A stretch of 64,000 bases of DNA from Eledone cirrhosa. Lineage: Eukaryota. The position numbers were made by a program, and so were the translations under genes. The notes under the pieces are model-generated. The model was not told the DNA's origin, ran no database searches, and saw only the letters and a program-made list of their open reading frames with translations. Numbering within the stretch: position 1 is the stretch's first letter; each line of letters starts with the position of its first letter. The stretch spans positions 231,694,001 to 231,758,000 of the forward strand of contig OZ024742.1 in assembly GCA_964016885.1 (NCBI GenBank), given 5' to 3'. Below, piece after piece: positions 1 through 13,174 of the stretch.

Positions 1-70
1 CACAATAAAAAGTGCCCAGTCTATGCTGTAAAGTGGTCGTGTAGGTGTCACAACAAAAAGCAATATAGAA

Positions 71-165
71 ATGGCTTCTACAGGACTAGAACTGTTTCAT
101 TCAGCAGAAATCATCAGGGCTTTCCTGATGATTTCTTCCGGATGAAACAGTTCTAGGCCTATAAA
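71..165. ncRNA. Inverted pair of degenerate type I hammerhead-ribozyme motifs, probably from a Penelope-like element
   Basis: CTGATGA-N12-GAAACAG-ttctag(t/g)c-CT(G/A)TA occurs on both strands and forms a palindrome; a related single copy lies at about 21013-21058. Confidence 0.5.
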
Positions 166-343
166 ATTTATATTTATAAAATTTATAATAAATTGAAGTG
201 AAAGCAACTGGTGCGTGTGTTTCTTATTGGCAACATGACCCTCCCAAAGTATAACAATATATATATATATATCATCATCATCATTTTACGTCCGCTTTTC
301 CCTGCTTGCAAGGGTGGAACTATATATATATATATATATATAT

Positions 344-760
344 ACAAGGTGTGTTGGAAAACAAACAGGACTTCGGGTGCATAAAAAATATTTCAAATCC
401 AAACTGCAAAGTTTTCCCCTTCAAAATAATCCCCCTTGAGTCTAACACACTTTCCTATGCTTCTCTGCCATGCTTCCATGCCCTCCTGAAAGAATTTTTC
501 CAGGATTCTCGGCAACTCCATCATCACAGCCATTTTGATGGCTTCCACATCTAGAAAACAGGTCCCTTGATGACTATTTTGAGCTTGGGGAAAAGGAAAA
601 AAAAATCACACAGAGCCATGTCAGTGAGTAGGAAGGTTGCTCCAGCACGGCAATGTTCTTCTTGGCCAGGAACTGCTGAATGCTCAGGGCATTGTGAGCC
701 AGTGAGTTGTAGTGAAGCAGCCACAAGTTGTCCTGCCACAACTCTCACCACTTCTCACAC
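344..760 (-). mobile_element. Mariner transposon 3' fragment, degenerate
   Basis: Minus-strand translation ..DMALCDFFFLFPKLK.. (YSPDLAPxDF motif); ends in a TA-flanked, TIR-like tacaaggtgtg. Confidence 0.75.
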
Positions 761-841
761 ACTGAACAAAGCAAACACCACAGGATCTCTTTGTAGACAT
801 GCTGGTTGATTGTCTGTTCCTGTGGCAAGAACACTATGTGG

Positions 842-1693
842 ATGTATAGTAGTTCCCAAGAGCAACTAGTCTTAAATTTCTCTGTTATAGCCTGTAAGAC
901 AATAATGAAGAGGGAGATAAGGTCGGAACCCTGCTGAACCCCCACCTGTACACTGAATTCCTTACTGTATTCATTGTTCATTTTAACTTTGTTGGTGGCC
1001 CCTCTGTACATGGCCTGTACTGTTCTCACAAGCCACTCATCTATGACTTGTTTTCTGAGGACTCACTATATTATGGGTCGAGGGACTCAAAAGCTTTCTC
1101 TAGGTCCATGAATGCTAGGTAGAGTGGCTTGCTTTTAGCGAAGTCCTTCTCCTGCATTTGCCTCACAAGGAAGAGGGCGTTGGTGGTGCTTTTTCTCAGC
1201 ACAAATCCAAACTGCATCTCGTCTAGATGTATACGTTCTTTAGTCTGTTGTGCGATGACTCTTTCTGTAACTTTCATGACCTGGTCAGTCAGCTTTTTGC
1301 CTCTGTAGTTACTTCTCTCTAGTGAATCTCCTTTACCCTTGTAGTAGCTGACGATGCTGCTGCTATTTCAATCACTGGGAATGACACCATTCTGTATTAC
1401 TTTGTTCACAATAAGGGTGGTTAGAATGTGCCCAACCGCCCCAGATGCTTTCAACATCTCAGCAACTATACCCGATTGTCTGGCTGCTTTCCCTGTCTTC
1501 ATCTTCTTAATTACCTTACTTATTAGGCTGCTGCTTATGTGTACAGCTGGGCCATCTGTTGGGCACACTTTGGACAGGCTGTTTACCTCCCAAGTATTTT
1601 CCTCATTCATCATAGTGGCATTTCCAAGCAGCTTTCTTTTCAGTGTCAGTGAGGTCAAGTGTGCCGTTTTCATTACGGACGCATTTCTCCCCA

Positions 1694-1696
<3 letters not shown>
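842..1696 (-). mobile_element. RTE-clade LINE fragment (reverse transcriptase), frameshifted
   Basis: KMKTGKAA...AEMLK; QFGF...STTNALFLVRQMQEK...LAFMDLEKAF; GVQQGS motifs. Confidence 0.9.
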
Positions 1697-1779
<83 letters not shown>

Positions 1780-1780
<1 letters not shown>

Positions 1781-2260
1781 TGGTAAACGGAATAGAAAAT
1801 GCTGACAAATTGTTCACAGTTGAAAAATGGTTTAATTAGGAATAAAAGAGTATTAGTGATTGTATGGGTTAGTATTCAGTTGTGGTTTTAAGTTTTTAAG
1901 TTTTTACCGGTTGCGCATTTCTAAATGCTTTTCAAAAATAATTTTGAGATAGAGTGTTCGTGCTGTTTGCTCTGATCTGATTAGTTTTGGGAATTCTACC
2001 TGTTTTTATGTTAAAAAAGTGGCTCCAGCGTTATTTTTGTGTTGCAAAAATGCTTGTGGTCAAAACAATTTTGATTGGTCGGTAGAGGTCATGTGAATGT
2101 AAAAAGTTGATTTTGCGCCAAGACTGTTTTTATGTTAAAATGTTAAAAAAGTGGCTCCAGCAAAAATTATTGGTCAAAACAATTTTGATTGGTCGGTAGA
2201 GGTCATGTGGATAAAAAATTGGTTTTGCGCCAAGATTGAGAAATGACTCTTTCACAACAA

Positions 2261-2328
<68 letters not shown>

Positions 2329-2397
2329 TAGTAGTAGTAAGGTGTTCGATGCTGCGACAATAGCCAGCAGCGATGTATGTCAAATGGCTATTAAGAT

Positions 2398-2452
<55 letters not shown>

Positions 2453-2925
2453 GCAGTCATTCGAAGGTCAAAAGATATTTTTCAGCTTTTGTCTTATACG
2501 GAGAAGTGCGTGTGTATGTGTGTGTGTGTGTATAAGTCTCTTTGTATGTTGATGTGTATGTGTTTGTGTATATATGTGTGTGTGTGTGGGTGGCCAGTAT
2601 TTTTTTCCCCCTGGTAAAATGGTGTACATTATTCGATTTTTTCAGTAAAATCGGTTCTCTTAATAGAACATCAAAAATCTTAACAATAAAAGGTGTGAAA
2701 TGATATTCACTATATATATATACACACATACACACATTCACTACATATATATATATATATACATATATACATACATATATATGGCTACCCACACACACAC
2801 ACATATATACACAAACACATACACATCAACATACAAAGAGACTTATACACACACACACACATACACACGCACTTCTCCGTATAAGACAAAAGCTGAAAAA
2901 TATCTTTTGACCTTCGAATGACTGC

Positions 2926-2994
<69 letters not shown>

Positions 2995-3065
2995 ATCTTA
3001 ATAGCCATTTGACACACATCGCTGCTGGCTATTGTCGCAGCATCGAACACCTTACTACTACTACT

Positions 3066-3133
<68 letters not shown>

Positions 3134-3630
3134 ACACACACACACATATTTGTTGTGAAAGAGTCATTTCTCAATCTTGGCGCAAAACCAATTTTTTATC
3201 CACATGACCTCTACCGACCAATCAAAATTGTTTTGACCAATAATTTTTGCTGGAGCCACTTTTTTAACATTTTAACATAAAAACAGTCTTGGCGCAAAAT
3301 CAACTTTTTACATTCACATGACCTCTACCGACCAATCAAAATTGTTTTGACCACAAGCATTTTTGCAACACAAAAATAACGCTGGAGCCACTTTTTTAAC
3401 ATAAAAACAGGTAGAATTCCCAAAACTAATCAGATCAGAGCAAACAGCACGAACACTCTATCTCAAAATTATTTTTGAAAAGCATTTAGAAATGCGCAAC
3501 CAGTAAAAACTTAAAAACTTAAAACCACAACTGAATACTAACCCATACAATCACTAATACTCTTTTATTCCTAATTAAACCATTTTTCAACTGTGAACAA
3601 TTTGTCAGCATTTTCTATTCCGTTTACCAA
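1780..3630. mobile_element. Foldback element with ~820-850 bp near-identical inverted arms and a ~185 bp spacer, flanked by (TA)n
   Basis: 1780-2596 is the reverse complement of 2782-3630; the differences are mostly (GT)n lengths plus a few substitutions. Confidence 0.8.
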
Positions 3631-3665
3631 TATATAATAACTTGTGTGTTACACCTCTATTCTTT

Positions 3666-3730
<65 letters not shown>

Positions 3731-4784
3731 ATACTTTGGGAGGGTCATGCTGCCAACAAAAACACATGCACCCACTAGTTTTCACCTCAACTTATTACAA
3801 ATTTCCAGTTGGTCAGTTAAACAACTGAACATGTATATATATATGTATATAACATTAAACTCATGCCAAAATCTCAATTCAGCGGAGTATAAATCAGACC
3901 GACTAATATAAGTTAGTCTAACTCATATAATCTCCCTACTATGGTCTCTGGAACAAAGAAACAATACCGATTGTTATTGATCATAAAGTATGCTGGAACC
4001 ACTCCTTCATTGTAGAGTAGACAACGTATTTTCGCTGCTATTTCTAGCGTCATTATAATCCTGTCGTATTATCCTAATATATATAGAGAGATTTGTTCAT
4101 TTAGAAGTTCAACAATGCAATGTTTTGGATGCCATGTGGTTTTGACAACAAAATGGTCTGTATACTTTATGATCAATATCTTCTCTTGTTCCAAAGAACT
4201 CTCCCCTGTTGATAGAACAAGTTCTTCCAATATTGGTTGTTCCAATAATTTGTAATAATCGATGTGCCTTTTATAGTGGCACCAGGACTAACCCCTGATA
4301 GAGTGGACTGGATGCATTTCATCATGGCATCAGCACTACCACTTTACCGAGTACATTGGATGCTTGTTATTGTGGCACCAGCACTGTGTTTGTGTTTCAA
4401 AAATGTATACAAGCCAAAACATGATTCTATTGATTTAGTGGTGTGTAGGCTGATGGTGCATGTTAAGACCTGAATGCTGAACAGTTGTTTATGAAAAGCA
4501 GAAGGAGAATGATTTTATCTGCTAGCAAATGAGGAAGCTTTAATATACAGCCTTACACAGACATACAGAAAGACATAAATACACATACACAAGTACTTAT
4601 GGACATCCACTTTAATCTCTAAAAGAAATATAATATCAATTGATATATTTAAATTGAAAATCAATCAAACTACGTCATTTATGAATGTATGTATATGTGT
4701 GTGTATGCATGTATGTATGAACAGATGAATGTATCTAAGCATGTATGTATGTATGTATGTATGTATGTATGTATGTATGTATGT

Positions 4785-5383
4785 AGGTCACTCTTGAGTG
4801 CTATTGGTAGCATATAACCCAGTACAACATGTAGCATGATCGGGTCATTGGCGACTAAACCGGCAACCTCACCAAGTTTACTTGATGAGGAGGGTGATTT
4901 TGGACTCCCTGCAGGATAAAAAACAAAATCTGACAAAGGGCGGAAGAACTCATAAGAGTCAAATGGCCATCCAAAAGTGTGTAAATATGTGTATACATAT
5001 ATACATGTGTATATATATGTGTATACTTGTATTCAAATGCATATATATGCACGGAGACATGGAAATAATCGGGCTGGATACCTGTTCGCACAGTTAAACC
5101 ACTAAGAGTGAAGGACCCCTAGCCTTTGTCAAGGTATTCTTCTAGTAGAAGGCAACTCAGGAAACTGGGATAATCCCGATATAAAACCTGCGGCTTAGTA
5201 GTTACCGATGATGTTGATCTTTTCTTCTTTTCGAGTTATAGCTACTGTCGCTCAGAGAATGGGATTGGCTCAGTGCACAGTCTTTCCTCACTTTAAAAAG
5301 AATCTTCACGCACAGGCATTGCATGATAGAATTAATTAATAATTATTAATAATGTTATATCGTGCAATGGTCATACTCAATCA
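4785..5383 (+). mobile_element. Non-autonomous interspersed repeat embedded in (TATG)n, copy 1
   Basis: Highly similar to 8572-9157 and more distantly to 7963-8338; (TATG)n on both sides. Confidence 0.7.
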
Positions 5384-7583
5384 TGTATGTATATGTGTGT
5401 ATGAATGGATGTATTGATGTATCTTTGAAAATTATGAATTATGTGTAAGAGAGTATGAATAGATGCACGGAAGGGTTGCATGCATGTCTCCAGAGTAGAA
5501 TGCAAAGGAAAAATGATTTAAATATTTTGTAGATACTGTATCATTGACAAATTGATAATTTATTGTTCTTGTGCAAAAGGGATATGTTTGCATATTTCTT
5601 TTCTTCTTTGTTTGGCAGAATCATTAGAACATCAGATAGAATGTTTTGTGATAGTTGTTCCAGCTCTCTGTGTTCAAATCCTGTCATGGTCAACTTTGCC
5701 TTTCATCCTTTCGGGGTTGATAAAAAAAAAGTACCAGTTCAGTAAAGGGGTCAATCTTTCTCCATATCTCTTTTTTTCTTACTTCCTGTCTCTCCTTCTC
5801 TGAAAGAAATTGGCTGTGTTTAAACATGGAGATAGCATGGGCTCTACCAGGTTTAAAGTACCCAAGACACAGTGTGTTATGACAGCACATCAGGAATTAT
5901 GGCTCCAATGGTAACGTCATAAAAATTAAAAAAACAATACATAACTGAAAACCAAAGTCCAACACTTACTTCAACACAATATATAAGCTGTTATTGAAAT
6001 AAGTTCTTATTGAAATATGGTGAGAGTTTGGAGATTACATATTGTTGAGAGGTCCTTTGTGGAAAAGGCAATCTATCTAGTATTGAAAACATATATGATA
6101 TATTTATGTATGATTATCATATATAAGTCTTGCTACGAATGTTTTAAGCTGTGATCCTGTCCCAGCTATTTCAATAGCCATGTGAGGACACCAGACATGT
6201 GTTTCAGGATGTTTATCCATTATTGGTGACGTTTACTCACTCAGTACTGAGACAAGAAGAAGCTATAGCTTATATACCGTATATACTCAAATATAAGCTG
6301 ATCCGAATATAAGCCACCTACCCTCCTCTAATTTATAAGCCACGGCTGAAAACATAGCAACCCTTCCAATCCATGCTAGCATGGAAAATGGGTATAAAAT
6401 AATGATGATCACAAATATTGACATACAATTGTCATAGGGTTTGGTGATGATGTGGTTCAGAATGTTGAAACTCTGTATTACAAATGAAAGTTCTTAGTTC
6501 TAATCAAACAGACAAATAGAAACTGTAGCAATCAAGACATTAAGGGTAAAGACCCCCTTCGATCACTAATGACCATGAGATTTGCACCTAGAAAGTTAAT
6601 GAGAAGTCATGATTCAATTCTCTACTTGGAGTGCTTAGAACAGATTGAGTGTAATGCTCAAGAAATTTTCCCCTGTTTTTCATATACTGAATTGGCTCAG
6701 TTGTGTGAACCTTTTCTTGGATCCCAGGGACTAGAGAACAATGGGTCAGCACCATTGAATTTTTTCACTTAAGCTTAATATAAACTCATAAATGTACAAA
6801 GGAATAGGTTTTTTTAACCAATCACTTACTTTTTAATTAACTGTTTACTTTTTAACTACCTACCTACATTATGATTATAACTATTCACTTTTTATAATTC
6901 TTTATAATTTTTTACATTTTATTGATTTATTTGCCTGTTATTATTAAAATTTTAATTATTTACCACTGATTCAGAATTTTTATAATCTTTTTAAACTCTA
7001 ATGTTTTTATAATGCTTTACACCATTAATTTTGATACCCTTTAAGAGATTCACCATCACACTATGCTGCTTTTCAGCTAAGGACTAGCACGGCCTTCAAA
7101 GACTACATGGCGCTGGCAGACCTTGTAAAATACATCAAACTGTTGACTTTGAGTGGCTTTAGGACTGCTCGGAATATATTGTTGTCAAGTAACCCCTCCC
7201 CTGGTCATGTCTACGAACCCACAATGCATAGCATTATTGAGTGTGTGTTTTTGTTATAATCTTTTATGTAAATAACACTCAATGACGTTGCCATATGTCA
7301 TGAATCATGACCTGATGACATAAGCTAGTCTGCCATAGAAATACATATAGTGATTTTGTAACATTAAAAAAATATCTGGAATCCGGCCTTCTTTTTTCAT
7401 TGAGGTATTAAACTCTATTGCCGTAACAACCTCAAGTTACCACATCTATAATAGATGATATGCATAACGTTGAGTGCTTTGGGTTATTGCATCATAATCA
7501 GAATGATTAGATTTACCCATTAGTTAAACCATCCAACATAAATGATATATATGATATTTATATATATGTATAATCTAATGTAG

Positions 7584-7756
7584 GAAAAAGAGACTGTATT
7601 CCGGAACTTGGATTCTGCTGGAGTAATATTAGACAATGAACGAAAACGACAAGCAGCACGCCTTGAAGAATTAAAGTCACGTACCCGTCAAAAGCAAACG
7701 GACAATGCTCACAAAGCCAAGGAACTCATGGAAGAAGCAGATAATCTATCAAAAAT
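7584..7756 (+). CDS. Internal (penultimate) coding exon of an unidentified charged, coiled-coil-like protein
   Basis: tag|GAAAAA acceptor; open frame EKETVFRNLDSAGVILDNERKRQAARLEELKSRTRQKQTDNAHKAKELMEEADNLSK; AT|gtaag donor. The phase-2 end joins the exon at 11269 (AT+G=Met). Confidence 0.75.
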
Positions 7757-7962
7757 GTAAGAAAAAATTTTAGTTATCAATTTATTTATTTTGATTTGTG
7801 CTAGTTGAAATAGAAACTCATAAACTGCTTTTAGTCCTGTTCTCTTCTTAATGCTATACTCTCACTGACACTAACTGAAGAACTCCAGTTTTTATCTACG
7901 TTAATATACTTTGCTGATATGCAACAAAAGATATAACATGTTTATGTATGTATGTATGAATG

Positions 7963-8338
7963 TACAACCTGTCTCATGGTCGGGTCGTCAGTGACTAAAC
8001 CGGCAACCCCACCAAGCTTGCTTGGTGAGGAGGGTCATACTTGGACACCCTGCGGGATGAAATACAAGACCCGGCAAAGGGCGGAGGAACTCAGCAGAGT
8101 CAACAGCCATCCAAATAGTACTTTTTATGTTTTTACCTGGGAGTGAAAGGCCCCCAGTTGTTGTCACAACACCTTTCTAGGAGAAGGAAACTCTGAAAAA
8201 AACCTGCGGCTTCAGAAGCATCTGCTGATGATGACCAGTTCTCCTTTTTGGGAAGTGTTTTCGATGCTCAGAGAGTGGGATTGGTTGAGTGCAAGGCCTT
8301 TCACCACTTAAAAAACTTTCAAAGCACAGGCATTGCTT
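7963..8338 (+). mobile_element. Diverged copy of the (TATG)n-associated repeat
   Basis: Shares gactaaaccggcaaccccaccaag...cttggtgaggaggg, aaacctgcgg and gcacaggcattgc blocks with the other copies. Confidence 0.65.
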
Positions 8339-8571
8339 GTTTAGGATATGTTACAGGTTCGTGTGGCTGGCTATGGCTTAAAAGTGCACCAAACTCTATA
8401 ATCTGACAATTGATTGCGATACTTTTAGCAGAGTTTGCAGCCACCATGTATGTATGTATGTATGTATGTATGTATGTATGTATGTATGTATGTATGTATA
8501 TATGTATGCATGTATGTATGTGTGTATGTATGTATGTATGTATGTATGCATGTATGTATGTGTGTATGTAT

Positions 8572-9157
8572 GTGGTCGCTCTCGAGTGCTACTGGTAACA
8601 TGTAACCCAGTACAACCTGTCGCATGGTCGGGTCGTCGACGACTAAACCGGCAACCCCACCAAGTTTACTTGGTGAGGAGGGTGATTTTGGACACCCTGC
8701 AGGACAAAAAACAAAACCTGACAAAGGGCGAAAGAGTCAACGGCCATCCAAAAGTGTGTAAATATGTATATACACATGTACATATACATGTGTATATACA
8801 TGGGTGCATGTGTATGTATATGCACAGGGACATAGAAATAGTTGGGCTGGACACCCGATCGCACGGTTAAAACACCCCTAGCCTTTGTCAGAGCATTTTT
8901 CTAGGAGGCAACTCAAGAAACTGGGATAACTTCTGATATAAAACCTGCGGTTCAGTAGTTACCGATGATGATGATCTTTTCTTCTTTTCGGGTTATAGCT
9001 ACTGTCGCTCAGAGAATGGGATTGGCTCAGTGCACAGTCTTTCCTCACTTTAAAAAATATCTTCACGCACAGGCATTGCACGATAGAATTAATTAATAAT
9101 TATTAATAATGGTATATCATGCAATGGCCATACTCGATAACGAGGGGGCAGCCATCA
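8572..9157 (+). mobile_element. (TATG)n-associated repeat, most complete copy
   Basis: Colinear with 4785-5383; ends ggcagccatc followed by (atgt)n. Confidence 0.7.
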
Positions 9158-9439
9158 TGTATGTATGAGTGTGGTGTGTGTGTGTGTGAGTGTGTAATAT
9201 GATATATGTGCATTGCTTCCACATGTGGTAAATATTGGAGTACTTTCATTTTTTTTCTTTTAGTTATTTCCGCAATTTTATAATGGCTTTTTTCATGGCA
9301 ATATATATTTTTTCATGCTTTTTAACACTAAATTATTAATAACAATATACCGTATTTGCCAGCCTATATTTTATGTTATATTTTAACGTTTATAGGCATT
9401 TTTATGGACCATGTCCAATATATGCATTTTTTTAAATTG

Positions 9440-9553
9440 ATTATACAGAATGATTGCAGGTCAAACAAAAATTAGGTATAATGATGTATACTATTTCAGA
9501 GCACCAATTCTAATACCTAATTTTTGCTGGACCGGCAATCACTCTGTATAATC
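9440..9553. mobile_element. Small Tc1/mariner-type MITE (hairpin with ~40 bp TIRs)
   Basis: tacagaatgattgcaggtc..aaaattaggtat versus atacctaatttttgctggaccggcaatcactctgta; TA+CAG ends. Confidence 0.6.
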
Positions 9554-10021
9554 AGCTCCTGATTATTACTGGAATTCTATAAGAATCCAGCTTCTATAAT
9601 TTTCGACGAAAGCAGGGGAGTGCGTGGATCTGATGAACCCCAACCAGCGTGAAACAGACGGTCAGCTTCTCTCCCTTCTTTCACCGAAAAGAAATAAGTG
9701 ACATAGTCACTACTTTAAAACTGATAGCGTATGGTCTTCTAAATGTTTTTAATTAAACATACGGTATATTGCCAAATATATTATACATACATTCATATAT
9801 ATATATATATATATATATATAGTCAACAAGGAAAAATAACACAGGCAAACAATACAAAACAATGATGATATATTAGTTTAACACTTGATAAAAATTCGAA
9901 AAGAGTCTTAATGGATGCTAGTCCTTCATCAGAAGATAGAAGGAGAAGGAAGATAGGCGAGAGTAAGAAAAGAAAGAAAATGGGAAATAGAGAGAAAACC
10001 TTGTGTTGATGTTAGTCAGCC

Positions 10022-10071
<50 letters not shown>

Positions 10072-10619
10072 CACATATATATATAGCAAGTAAAACGGAT
10101 ATTAAATGATGATTATGATATTGGGTTCTGATCTCGTGGCCTTAATAGTCTAGAAAGGAGAAAGGATTCAATATTTACAATAGAATATTGTAAATTATAC
10201 ACCTTGAAGTTATCATAGAAGAAAACTTTACCTTCAGGTGCTGCATCGAGAGATCGAATCTAGAACCATGTGACTGCAAAGTGGACTTCAGCAGTGCCAT
10301 AGACATGACAACCTTCATAGTGTTGGTGATCACACACTCTATAAAGTGGTTGGTGATAGGATGGGCATCCAGCCATATAAAATCTGCCAAACAAAGGGTT
10401 GGGAGGACTCTTCAGCTATGCCAAAGACAACTTCTCTCGTGTTGATGTCAATAAAATACACTCGGTAGAGTGTGGGATTGTATGTTGGGCCCCCGGCCCA
10501 TCTGGAGACCACATGCTTTGCTTGAGTACTGATCGGTCTGTGAAGACATAGCCAACCCTTGCTAGCAGAGAAAACAGGTGTTAAATGAGGATAATGATGG
10601 TTCAGGATCACATCCTTTT

Positions 10620-10960
10620 TTGCTATACCTGATGCTTCATTGACCATATACAGCTCCCATGACTTTCAGAAACATTTTTTCATGCTCAGAGTTGCTGAAG
10701 CATGGAACAAACTATCTGCATTAGTTGTTAACTGTTGGGATACTGCATCCTTCAAAACTTCCATGCTTCCTGAAATTCGCCAACACTACACCTGATATTC
10801 ACCCTCCATACACATGCACACATGTATCTGTGTGTATATCATGACTCATACATTGTTCACTTTCCTGACATTTGTACATTATTCTATGTACTATACATGC
10901 ACCTTCGATGAGTTATAGTGCACCTGAGCACTGTACACAATAATTTTCATTATTATTATT
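10620..10960 (+). mobile_element. CR1/L2-type LINE 3' fragment
   Basis: Encodes HFFMLRVAEAWNKLSALVV (FFxxRVxxxWNxLP-like motif); (ATT)n tail. Confidence 0.6.
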
Positions 10961-10961
10961 A

Positions 10962-11150
10962 TGGGTTGGCAGTATCGGTAGAGGGTCGGACACCATGCTT
11001 TGACGCATAGAGTTATGGCCCTTGCCATTCTGAGTTCAAATCCCGCCGAGGTTAACTTTGTCTTTCATTCTTACGGGGTCGATAAAATAAAGTACCAGTA
11101 ATGTACTGGGTAATTGCTGACCTTGTGCCAATAGTAGAAACAATTATTAT
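10962..11150 (+). mobile_element. tRNA-derived SINE family A (Meta-domain-like core), representative copy
   Basis: A/B-box head, core aactttgcctttcatccttacggggtcgataaaataaagtaccag, (ATT)n tail. About 20 full or partial copies, e.g. 13430, 19800, 27410, 27900, 29875, 31420, 36130, 44320, 45627, 46590, 49637, 50180, 52978, 63345. Confidence 0.85.
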
Positions 11151-11268
11151 TATATCTGTCAACATTTATAGCTAGTTCTTCTGTTAGGTCAATGGGTTTA
11201 TCTTGAATCCCAAACAATTTGTTTGAAATTTCATTTATTGTTCATAATTTTTTTCTTCTCCTTTTTAG

Positions 11269-11455
11269 GTTAGATAAATGCAAAATCGAACAGCAAGGAA
11301 AAGTGAAAGAAATTGTGGAGAATCAAAGGAAAAAACACACTGGTTCTCCAATAGGGGCACAAACTATATATGTAGTATCAGGAAACAACTCTGACAACAC
11401 AGCCAGCAAAGAAGTTTCAATGGACAATGACACTGCTGATAATGAGAAATTTTGA
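11269..11455 (+). CDS. Terminal coding exon of the same unidentified protein
   Basis: Strong polypyrimidine tract tttttttcttctcctttttag|G; frame LDKCKIEQQGKVKEIVENQRKKHTGSP...DNEKF* continues the previous exon; AATAAA at 11572-11577. Confidence 0.75.
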
Positions 11456-11571
11456 AGACACATATAACTCATTATTCTTTAAGTTGTACATAATGACTTT
11501 CTGCAAACATCTATCCTATATATTCAATATTTATTATATGACTAATCTAGTTCCTTATCATTTTAGTTATT

Positions 11572-11577
11572 AATAAA
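11572..11577 (+). terminator. Candidate polyadenylation signal
   Basis: AATAAA about 115 nt after the stop codon of the terminal exon; weak evidence in AT-rich DNA. Confidence 0.35.
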
Positions 11578-13174
11578 GGTGACAAAATTCTCCATTTCAT
11601 TTCGTAAAGAAAGAGACATCCCCAATTGCTGGAGCATACATCTTTGTTCGGAGAGATATCACCTTATGTAGAATATCTATTAGAGACTCCTATGTCATGG
11701 TTAAGTGATGATCATATTCTCATCATTTAAACTTTCGTTTTTGTTTCCCTTGATATTTAAAAAATAGCCTTCAATCATATCTGATGTGAGAACTTCTTAA
11801 CAAAATCGACCTCTTACCGCTGCCTGTCTTTCTTCTTTGAAATCAAAAATTTCCAATTAGAGTTGTCCATCATGGTGTCTTAATAAGGCTTTCTTTGACC
11901 TGTGTTGTATCAATTCTGGTCTGCCTCGTGGTTAGTTCTTCCACAGTTTTCTGTTTTTATAACAAATTTCTTTCACATACACACACACATATATATATTA
12001 CTAAAAGTATATGAAAAAAAAGAGGGAATAATAAAACAAGAAAAAGGTAGGGAAGATCAGTACACTCAATTACATGCCACAATAAGAGGTGTTGGAGCTT
12101 CCCTCTAATAATTTTAGAGGCAAGCCAACACACCTAAAGCATTGCTGTGGGTAACAATGAGGCTGTGGCACTAGAATAATCAAGTTACCTTGCGAGGATC
12201 ACTTGATACATCAGAAAGGCAAGTCACCAACGATGACAAGACTTCATTGTCAGCAGCCTAGGCCCACAAACATCTTGAATGCCACAGGCTGAAAAAAAGA
12301 TAGTTTGCTGATAATTTCTGGTATTTTAGAATTTTATTCCGTATGACTATGGATGCAGTGATCCTCACCTCTATTGCAGCATCTAGGATGTAGGAAGAGC
12401 AAATGAGTTGCTAACAACCTTGGTGTCTGTTCTAACCTTCTAACCATACATACTCCTGAGTGAGAGATATCTCTCTTCACTTAACACTCTTCCTTAACTT
12501 TATACTAACAAGAATGCAACTCAGACACCTCACATCAGATTTGAACTACTTTTATGAATAGATATCTCCAAAACATCCTGTAATGGATATATGACAATAT
12601 ATGTTTCTTGAACCTTATCATTAACTACAATCTCTTTATATAGTGTGTTGGACCTCTGTTGGTTCAACAAGTGTTCCAATTATTTTGATCAACAGAACAA
12701 CTAGGTTCATCAAATTAATATGCAAATGCATTCCACAGGCACATGCACTCTTAAGGTAGTTCTCAGGGAGATTCAGCATGACACAGTATGTGACAAGACT
12801 AGCCTTTTGAATTACAGGTACAACTCATTTTTACCAGCTAATGGGTCTAGAATAAGATGAAATAAAGTGTCTTGTTCAAGGATACAACATCCCATTGGGA
12901 GTTGAACGCACAACCTTACAGCCAGGAGCCAAACACCCTAAACATTAAGCCATGCACCTTCACATCCTTTTATATAATACTACACTTACTCTCTTTATTC
13001 GTGGTTTCTACACAGGTAAAATAACTAACTCATAACAAACTATAAAGATGAAGATAACAGATTTTCTGTTTTTGAATCAGTTTTATGTGAGTTTATAATA
13101 ATTTGCACAACCTCTTGGTCAAGTGTCTTCTACTACATCTTTGTGCACAAACCTGTTGTATATATATAGGGATA

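Noticed and set aside
2130-3280. ORFs rich in CV/HT/YI dipeptides (also near 4679, 8410-8870, 22750 and 56100)
   Set aside because: Translations of (GT)n, (TA)n and (TATG)n microsatellites.
7075-7260. Possible extra exon of the upstream gene after ttttcag at about 7076
   Set aside because: No frame gave a recognisable peptide with a convincing phase-compatible donor.
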